Source: Bacteroidales bacterium (lineage in GTDB: Bacteria > Bacteroidota > Bacteroidia > Bacteroidales > SZUA-534). Taken from it: 64,000 bases of DNA. This document shows, in pieces, positions 58,246 through 64,000 of this stretch. Within the stretch, counting starts at the first letter, position 1. The number at the start of each line of letters is the position of its first letter. A program made the position numbers and the translations under genes. Location: NCBI GenBank assembly GCA_045640185.1, contig JAZUEN010000033.1:26882-90881 (forward strand), written 5' to 3'. The notes below the pieces were generated by a model. It saw only the letters and a list, made by a program, of their open reading frames with translations, did not search any database and was not told the origin of the DNA.

Positions 58246-59565
58246 TTAAGGATTGACCATTGATTGAGGCTGCCCCGTGGCTTCAAGTATATTCCACCAT
58301 AAGTCGCTGTTTAGGTTTATTTTCTTGCGTTCGGCTACTGCAATAGGAATTGGCAGTATCGTGAATTGATGTTTCCAGTAGCCCACGACAAAGTCGGTCT
58401 TGCCAGCCATTGCCGCGTGAACCGCGTTTTGTGCCAATATGTTGCAGAACTTGCTGTCGTTTGCATTTGCCGGAGCGCTGCGGATTATGTAGCTTGGGTC
58501 GATGTAGCGCAGTGTAAACGGCACATCTTTTGCCGTGAATTCCTCAGTGATCTTCTCTTTGAGGAATACCCCGATGTCTTCTTTCTTGATGTTTCCGGAA
58601 GCGTCTTTTTGTTGCTTCTTGGTATCGAAGAAGTTTTGCCCGGCACCTTCAGCAACTACTACCAATGCGTGATGCTTTGCTTCAAGACGTTTGCGCAGGC
58701 ATTTCAGGAATCCGTATGGACCGTAAAGGTCGAAGTTCATCTCTGGAACCAGCACAAAGTTCACTTCCTGTGTCGAAAGTGCGGCGTTGGCGGCGATGAA
58801 ACCAGAGTCGCGACCCATAAGTTTTAGCAAAGCGATGCCGTTGTATGCGCCTTTTGCCTCATTGTGTGCTGAATTTATTATGTCGTTGGCCACGGAGAAG
58901 GCTGTCTCAAATCCAAAAGAACGCTCAATGAAGTTGATGTCGTTGTCAATGGTCTTTGGAATGCCTGCAATTGAGATTTTCAATCCGCGACGCTCAACTT
59001 CTTCCTGTATGGCGTGTGCGCCACGCAGCGTGCCGTCGCCACCAATGCAGAACAGAATGTTGATGTTCATTATTTCAAGTGTGTCGACAATCTGTTTTAT
59101 GTCTTGATTGCCACGTGACGAGCCCAAGATGGTTCCGCCTGATTGGTGGATATAATCGACAAGTTGGGGGGTCAGTTCTACAAACTCGTGGTTATATTTT
59201 GGCACAAGACCTTCGTATCCATATTTGAATCCGACAATTCTCTTTACGTTGTATCTGTAGTACAAGTGGTTGACCAGGCTTCGGATTACGTTGTTAAGTC
59301 CAGGGCATAGGCCTCCACAAGTGACGATGCCTACTTTTGTCTTTGCTGGTTCAAAAAACAGCTTTTCTCTAGGGCCTGCTTTTTCTAGCGACAACGGCGC
59401 TTTTTCTGCCTTTTGGTATTCCTCGAAATATTTGAGTGAATTGTCGTACAGTATGCGGTCGTTGTCAGTTATGAAGTCGTATGTTGTCTTTGACAACGAT
59501 TGGACCAATGGCGACACTACATTGCCATAGCCCAATGACTTAACCATAAAATCCTTGTTTTCCAT
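58246..59565 (-). CDS. 6-phosphofructokinase, long form (ATP- or PPi-dependent; not resolved)
   Basis: Start re-called to ATG 59565 (MENKDF...), just downstream of a terminator and a -7 box. Contains TCGGLCPGLNNVIR, IGGDGTLRGA and MGRDSGFIA motifs. Confidence 0.88.
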   Translation of the reverse strand: MENKDFMVKSLGYGNVVSPLVQSLSKTTYDFITDNDRILYDNSLKYFEEYQKAEKAPLSLEKAGPREKLFFEPAKTKVGIVTCGGLCPGLNNVIRSLVNHLYYRYNVKRIVGFKYGYEGLVPKYNHEFVELTPQLVDYIHQSGGTILGSSRGNQDIKQIVDTLEIMNINILFCIGGDGTLRGAHAIQEEVERRGLKISIAGIPKTIDNDINFIERSFGFETAFSVANDIINSAHNEAKGAYNGIALLKLMGRDSGFIAANAALSTQEVNFVLVPEMNFDLYGPYGFLKCLRKRLEAKHHALVVVAEGAGQNFFDTKKQQKDASGNIKKEDIGVFLKEKITEEFTAKDVPFTLRYIDPSYIIRSAPANANDSKFCNILAQNAVHAAMAGKTDFVVGYWKHQFTILPIPIAVAERKKINLNSDLWWNILEATGQPQSMVNP

Positions 59566-59590
59566 AGCGTTTAATTTTTTTGTGTATATA

Positions 59591-59598
59591 CAAATATA
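59591..59598 (-). promoter_or_regulatory. -7 promoter box (minus strand)
   Basis: The plus strand reads CAAATATA (TATATTTG on the minus strand), 26 nt upstream of ATG 59565. Confidence 0.5.
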
Positions 59599-59628
59599 AA
59601 AAAAGGCATCATAGATTGATGCCTTTTT
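59598..59628 (-). terminator. Intrinsic terminator after the acidic-tail protein gene
   Basis: Stem GGCATCA/TGATGCC with a 5-nt loop, flanked by A and T runs. Confidence 0.7.
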
Positions 59629-59662
59629 GCTATCGTTTGTTTCGATACTCGTTTTGACCTTT

Positions 59663-60001
59663 TTAAAAGGAGTCATTCATTGAAGATGCGTCTTCGTCTT
59701 CTGGTTCGGCATCTTCAGGAATGCTGCTGAAATCGACATTGTCGCCAAAGTCGCCATCTTTGTCGTCATCGAAAAAGTCGTCATCGTCAATTTTGCCGGT
59801 ATCCTCGTTGTTGATACGGAGCAGATACATACGGTCTTCTGTCTCAAATGGCAATCCGCTGCAAAGCATGCCATCTTTATTTGTGAACGATATCAGGTAT
59901 GCGTTGAATCCGTCGGGATAAAGGGCCTTTACTTGCTCTTTCATCTCGTCGCTAATCTTGTCATAGTCTTTTATGACGCGTGGTTTGTTACTGCTTGCCA
60001 T
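59663..60001 (-). CDS. Small hypothetical protein with an extremely acidic C-terminal tail
   Basis: 112 aa. The N-terminal half of about 70 aa looks globular. The tail reads DDDDFFDDDKDGDFGDNVDFSSIPEDAEPEDEDASS. Confidence 0.5.
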   Translation of the reverse strand: MASSNKPRVIKDYDKISDEMKEQVKALYPDGFNAYLISFTNKDGMLCSGLPFETEDRMYLLRINNEDTGKIDDDDFFDDDKDGDFGDNVDFSSIPEDAEPEDEDASSMNDSF

Positions 60002-60206
60002 AGATAATATGCTGTTTTTTTGTTATTTGTTGTTAATACTTGTTGTTGTTGCTAACGGGTTCAAATATTCATATTTTTTCATTATCTGCAACAATCTTTG
60101 CAATAAAATATTTATGATATGCGGCAACTGTTTTATTTATAGAGCTATTATGCGCCGAAAAACGGCTAAATGTCGCATAATTGACGGCTATTACAGGCAT
60201 ATTCAC

Positions 60207-60234
60207 AAAAAAAGCCGCCCATTTACGGACGGCT
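60207..60234 (-). terminator. Intrinsic terminator after oadB
   Basis: Stem AGCCGCCC/GGACGGCT (one mismatch), followed by a T run on the minus strand. Confidence 0.65.
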
Positions 60235-60257
60235 TTTGCGTTATTGAGTCTGAAATG

Positions 60258-61505
60258 TTAGCCGAGGAATGAAATCAGGATGCCTGCGGCGACTGCTGAA
60301 CCAATCACTCCCGATACGTTGCTCGACATGCAATAGTTGAGTACGTGGTTGCGTGGGTCGTATTTCAGCGCTATCTCGTTGGCTACACGTGAAGCCATTG
60401 GTACGGCGCTCAAGCCTGTTGCTCCTACTAGAGGGTTTATCTTCTTCTTTGAGAACAGGTTGAACAACTTTACAAGCAAGATACCGCCAAATATTGACAG
60501 ACCGAATGCAAAGAAACCTCCAACGACGATTCCTATAGTCTGAAGGTTCAGGAATGCATCAACAGTCATTGTGGCTCCGACTGACAGCCCCAAGAAAATG
60601 GTTGCAGAGTTCATAATGGCGTTTGATGCGGCGTCGAATATGCGTGATGTGTTGGCGCCAATCTCCTTGATGAGGTTGCCGAACATTAGCATGCCTACAA
60701 GCGATACGGCGTCAGGAACTATGATTGCCACAATTGTTGTTACTGCAATAGGGAACACAATCTTAAGCGTGCGCATATTCTTGAACTCTTGCTTGCTAGG
60801 ATACAGACGGTCTTGCTCCTTCATGTTGATTTTCAGTTCCTTTTCAGAGCAGGTCAGTTTCACTACCAAAGGAATGATGACTGGAACCAATGCCATATAG
60901 GAATATGCCGCTATGGCGATTGGGCCTAACAAGTGTGGAGCAAGTTTCAGTGTCGTGAATATTGCTGTCGGGCCATCGGCACCGCCAATGATTGCGAGTG
61001 AGCCTGCTTCTTGTAGCGAGAATCCGCAGAAACTTGCTATGATAAGTACTGCAAAGATTCCAAATTGCGCACCTGCGCCAAAAATGGCAAGTTTCAGGTT
61101 GCGTAGCATAGGACCGAAATCGGTCAGTGCACCAACACCCATAAAGATGATAGGTGGCAACAATCCTGATTTGATTAACGCATAGTAGATGAAGTTCATT
61201 ATGCCCAAGTCGTGGGCAATTTCTGGCAACGACATCTCGTAAACGTTCTTTGCCACTTCAACGCCATCTTTAGTAAAGTGAACCAATCCTTCGCCATCGG
61301 CGCCTATTACGCCCATGCCGCCTCCGGGAAAGTTTGCGATGAGCACGCCAAATGCGATAGGAACAAGCAACAATGGCTCAAATTCCTTCTTTATGCCCAA
61401 GTAGAGCAGAAGGAATGCCAATGCATACATTATCAGAAACTGCGGTTGATTGACTATTGCGTCAACGGCAGTCATGTGGTAAATCTTATCTAATATTTCG
61501 CCCAT
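60258..61505 (-). CDS. oadB: Na+-translocating decarboxylase beta subunit (OadB/MmdB family)
   Basis: 415 aa. Polytopic membrane protein with family motifs such as GGADGPTAIF and LSAVPMA. Confidence 0.88.
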   Translation of the reverse strand: MGEILDKIYHMTAVDAIVNQPQFLIMYALAFLLLYLGIKKEFEPLLLVPIAFGVLIANFPGGGMGVIGADGEGLVHFTKDGVEVAKNVYEMSLPEIAHDLGIMNFIYYALIKSGLLPPIIFMGVGALTDFGPMLRNLKLAIFGAGAQFGIFAVLIIASFCGFSLQEAGSLAIIGGADGPTAIFTTLKLAPHLLGPIAIAAYSYMALVPVIIPLVVKLTCSEKELKINMKEQDRLYPSKQEFKNMRTLKIVFPIAVTTIVAIIVPDAVSLVGMLMFGNLIKEIGANTSRIFDAASNAIMNSATIFLGLSVGATMTVDAFLNLQTIGIVVGGFFAFGLSIFGGILLVKLFNLFSKKKINPLVGATGLSAVPMASRVANEIALKYDPRNHVLNYCMSSNVSGVIGSAVAAGILISFLG

Positions 61506-61511
61506 GGTCTG

Positions 61512-63365
61512 TTACTTGATTTTCATTAGAACATCGTCTTCGGCTACCGATGAACCGCTTGTCAGGCAAATCTCTGCAACCACGCCGTCACATTCGGCGG
61601 CAATTGCGTTGAATGTTTTCATTGCTTCAACGTAGCACACGGTTTGGCCCTTCTTTACGGCATCGCCAACCTTAACTGCGACATCGCCAGAACTCTTAAC
61701 CAAATAGAATTTGCCTTCGAGTGGTGATGTCAACTCTTTTGCGCCTTCGGCTGAAACGCTTGTGGCAGGTTTTTCGGCAGTGTTTGCTGTGTTGGCAGGA
61801 GCGGTGCCGTTGTTGGCGCCAATCACTACACTGTATTTTTCGCCGTTCACTTCAACAGTGACTGTTTGTGGCAATGTAAGCGAACCTCCCTTGCCTTGTG
61901 CTTTTTCGGCCTTGCGTTTTGCCAAATCGGCTTCGAAGTCGGCTTTAGCCTTGCCACTCTTGTATGCGCGATATTGTTGTGGGTGCATTGCCAATTCGAA
62001 CAATTCCTCTTCGTCTTCGCCAAGTTCCCAATTGTTCTCTTTCATTTCCTTGCGGAATGTGTCGAGTTCGTCAGGATATGAGTCTTGAGGATTGCCGGTG
62101 AAGAATTCGCGACCTTGCTCTTTCGCCTTTTCGACAAGTTCTGGTGCCAATGGACCAGGCAACTTGCCTGATTTGCCAAGCAACATATTCCAAATGTCGT
62201 CAGCAATAAGCGACCAGCGCTCTTTGCCTTTCTCCATTTGCATTACGTTCATCAAGGCCATATTCTTTACATATTGGCTGAAAGGAGTAACCAAGCAAGG
62301 ATATCCCATCATTGGCCATACATATTTTACTTCGTCAAACAATTTTATAAGAAGTTGGTCTTGTGTTAGTTCGGGTTGGCCGTTCTTGACTTTCCATTTG
62401 TTGAGGCTGTCAAGGTTTGTTTCCAAGTCGGTCATAAGTGAGCCCATCATGCCACCAGGAAGACCTGGACCGATAAGCAGTGAGTTCATTTGACGGTTGC
62501 GGGCAGGAATGTAGTAGCCGAGGAAGTCGTCCATCATTTCCTGAATCATAGAGCGGACTTCCATATATGCTTCCATATTTATTTCAGGAACATCGAATCC
62601 TGCGTCTTTCAACATTGGCTGAACGGCCAATATGTCGGCGTGGCCAGTTCCCCAAGAAAGAGGTTCCATACCTACATCGACAAAGTCGCAACCAGCCTTG
62701 CACACTTCCAGGATGGTGGCCATGCTGAAGCCTGGACCTGCGTGTCCGTGGTATTGAATGGTGATGTCAGGGTATTTAGCCTTGATGTTCTTGACAACTT
62801 CACCTAATGATACAGGGCGTGCGATGCCTGCCATATCCTTTAGGCATATTTCGTCGGCGCCAGCCTCGATAAGTTCGAAAGCCAGTTTCGTATAGTACTC
62901 GACAGTGTGCAGTGGTGAGAATGTGATGCAAAGGCAACATTGCGAAATCATTCCGCCTTCGTGTGCGTATCCTATTGAAGGAATGATGTTGCGGGTGTCG
63001 TTCAATCCGCAGAATGTGCGGGCGATGTCGGTGCCTTGCTTTTTCTTCACCTTGTAGAACATCTTGCGGACATCGACTGGAACTGGATTCATACGGATGC
63101 CGTTAAGGGCACGGTCGAGCATATGTGTCTGGATTCCAGCCTCGTTGAAAGGCTTTGTCCATTGGCGTACGGCCTTGTTAGGGTTTTCGCCATAAAGAAG
63201 GTTGACTTGCTCAAAACCACCGCCATTTGTCTCTACGCGGTCAAAACATCCCATTTTGATTATGGATGGAGCCACTTTTACAAGTTGGTCAACGCGTGGC
63301 ACGTACTTTCCTGACGATTGCCACATATCGCGAAAGACCAGACTGAATTTCACTTTTCTACCCAT
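61512..63365 (-). CDS. oadA: Oxaloacetate decarboxylase alpha subunit (carboxyltransferase plus biotinyl carrier domain)
   Basis: 617 aa. A TIM-barrel carboxyltransferase region is followed by an Ala/Pro-rich linker and a C-terminal biotinyl domain with EAMKT. Confidence 0.85.
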   Translation of the reverse strand: MGRKVKFSLVFRDMWQSSGKYVPRVDQLVKVAPSIIKMGCFDRVETNGGGFEQVNLLYGENPNKAVRQWTKPFNEAGIQTHMLDRALNGIRMNPVPVDVRKMFYKVKKKQGTDIARTFCGLNDTRNIIPSIGYAHEGGMISQCCLCITFSPLHTVEYYTKLAFELIEAGADEICLKDMAGIARPVSLGEVVKNIKAKYPDITIQYHGHAGPGFSMATILEVCKAGCDFVDVGMEPLSWGTGHADILAVQPMLKDAGFDVPEINMEAYMEVRSMIQEMMDDFLGYYIPARNRQMNSLLIGPGLPGGMMGSLMTDLETNLDSLNKWKVKNGQPELTQDQLLIKLFDEVKYVWPMMGYPCLVTPFSQYVKNMALMNVMQMEKGKERWSLIADDIWNMLLGKSGKLPGPLAPELVEKAKEQGREFFTGNPQDSYPDELDTFRKEMKENNWELGEDEEELFELAMHPQQYRAYKSGKAKADFEADLAKRKAEKAQGKGGSLTLPQTVTVEVNGEKYSVVIGANNGTAPANTANTAEKPATSVSAEGAKELTSPLEGKFYLVKSSGDVAVKVGDAVKKGQTVCYVEAMKTFNAIAAECDGVVAEICLTSGSSVAEDDVLMKIK

Positions 63366-63370
63366 TGTAT

Positions 63371-63616
63371 TTAGATTTTTTCAATTGATTCAACTTTGCC
63401 TTTGCCACCAGTTATTGTGCTGACGGCGGATTCGATAGCCATTCTGATGTTTGGCGCAATTGCCGACGCCGATGGCGTGGCTTTCTTTTCCTCCTCTTCG
63501 GGTGCATACTTGTTTACAAACCGAATAAGCAGGTTGCCCATACCTATTATTAATAGGAGTGCGCAGAATACTGTCCCCATTCCTACACCTAATAGCATCC
63601 AAACTGAAATTTCCAT
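63371..63616 (-). CDS. oadG: Oxaloacetate decarboxylase gamma subunit (OadG family)
   Basis: 81 aa with a single N-terminal TM helix, located first in the G-A-B operon. Confidence 0.75.
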   Translation of the reverse strand: MEISVWMLLGVGMGTVFCALLLIIGMGNLLIRFVNKYAPEEEEKKATPSASAIAPNIRMAIESAVSTITGGKGKVESIEKI

Positions 63617-63728
63617 TTTTTGTATCTTGTTTTTAGTTCAAAATCAATTCCTTAGTGAAATGATTGTTTTTGCAAACTGCTAAAAACCAATTCTTTGGTT
63701 AAATTAGCATATTCAAAAAACAACGGAG

Positions 63729-63736
63729 CAAAAGTA
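63729..63736 (-). promoter_or_regulatory. -7 promoter box (minus strand) for the oadGAB operon
   Basis: The plus strand reads CAAAAGTA (TACTTTTG on the minus strand), 113 nt upstream of ATG 63616. Confidence 0.4.
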
Positions 63737-63972
63737 GTCTTTTTTGCCAATCTTGATTCAAAAAACTCGGCTTAATTCAAACGTTTTCATATTTTATTTC
63801 TTGCTTATTGGAAAAGACTCTCATTCAATCATTTACTGATTGCTACTGGGTCGTTTCGCATTTGATTCGCCTTTTTTAAGGAGCAATTATGGGGCAAATG
63901 GAGGATTCGATTTTGTGATTTGTATTTTTTTTGCCGAAATTTGCATTTTATTACTAACTAAAGGAAAGAGAT

Positions 63973-64000
63973 ATGAAAGCCTTGATACAGAAGATATTGG
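63973..64000 (+). CDS. Possible 5' end of a CDS that runs off the window
   Basis: ATG 63973 opens MKALIQKIL... Only 9 codons are visible. Confidence 0.2.

Noticed and set aside
59566-59676. The ORF-track N-terminal extension of the phosphofructokinase gene (37 extra codons), which overlaps the upstream gene.
   Set aside because: The extension runs through a terminator hairpin (59598-59628) and a -7 box (59591-59598). The conserved protein begins at MENKDF (ATG 59565). The same logic was applied to TTG-initiated extensions at 5612, 25765, 49352, 52723 and 56643.
63617-63972. A 356-bp gap upstream of oadG, examined for riboswitch or ncRNA signatures (RNase P, SRP, 6S, tmRNA motifs).
   Set aside because: I found only a plausible minus-strand -7 box (63729-63736) and a small 6-bp hairpin. 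There are no conserved ncRNA motifs, no long stems and no repeats shared with other gaps.

Overview
This 64-kb window is a chromosomal core region of a Bacteroidota genome, most like Bacteroidales. All homology calls were made by eye from the translated ORFs; no database search was run.

Evidence for the taxon:
- The gene order is rpsU-xer-hpf, then tRNA-Thr/Tyr/Gly/Thr-tuf-tRNA-Trp-secE-nusG-rplKAJL-rpoBC.
- TAnnTTTG -7 promoter boxes sit 10-45 nt upstream of many start codons.
- Shine-Dalgarno sequences are almost entirely absent.
- T9SS-type, FlgD-Ig-like and lamin-tail domains are present.

I call about 60 protein genes, including one the ORF track missed (rpmH, 54 aa). I also call 6 tRNAs, roughly 20 intrinsic terminators and 25 candidate promoters. 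I see no rRNA, CRISPR array, transposase, phage or plasmid genes. Several ORF-track N-termini begin at TTG extensions; I re-called them to downstream ATGs that sit just after a -7 box or start a signal peptide.

Most of the window is housekeeping: translation and transcription, rlmN, tcdA, tatD, serB, ubiE, mazG, phoH, purC, tgt, lptF/G, recJ, tilS, asd, ddl, a phosphofructokinase and the oadGAB Na+ pump.

Observations worth a second look:
1. A ~175-nt promoter-bearing module occurs twice (24113-24288 and 30302-30477). The copies are about 60% identical without gaps, and three motifs keep exactly the same spacing. One copy fronts a gene. The other points into about 100 nt with no ORF, which makes it a candidate sRNA or an antisense RNA to a TauE-like gene. 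The two copies bracket an accessory-looking 6-kb block.
2. That block encodes a PAS-rich hybrid histidine-kinase look-alike. Both phospho-sites appear to be substituted (His to Gln, Asp to Asn).
3. A divergent gene pair encodes an output-less TM-HAMP-GAF sensor and a polytopic membrane protein with a GldM-N-terminal-like domain.
4. A secreted protein with three lamin-tail domains appears to be co-transcribed with a cytoplasmic single-HKD nuclease.
5. hsp20 has the only canonical Shine-Dalgarno sequence in the window, plus a 15-nt inverted repeat upstream.
6. The ubiE operon appears to have a long, structured leader.
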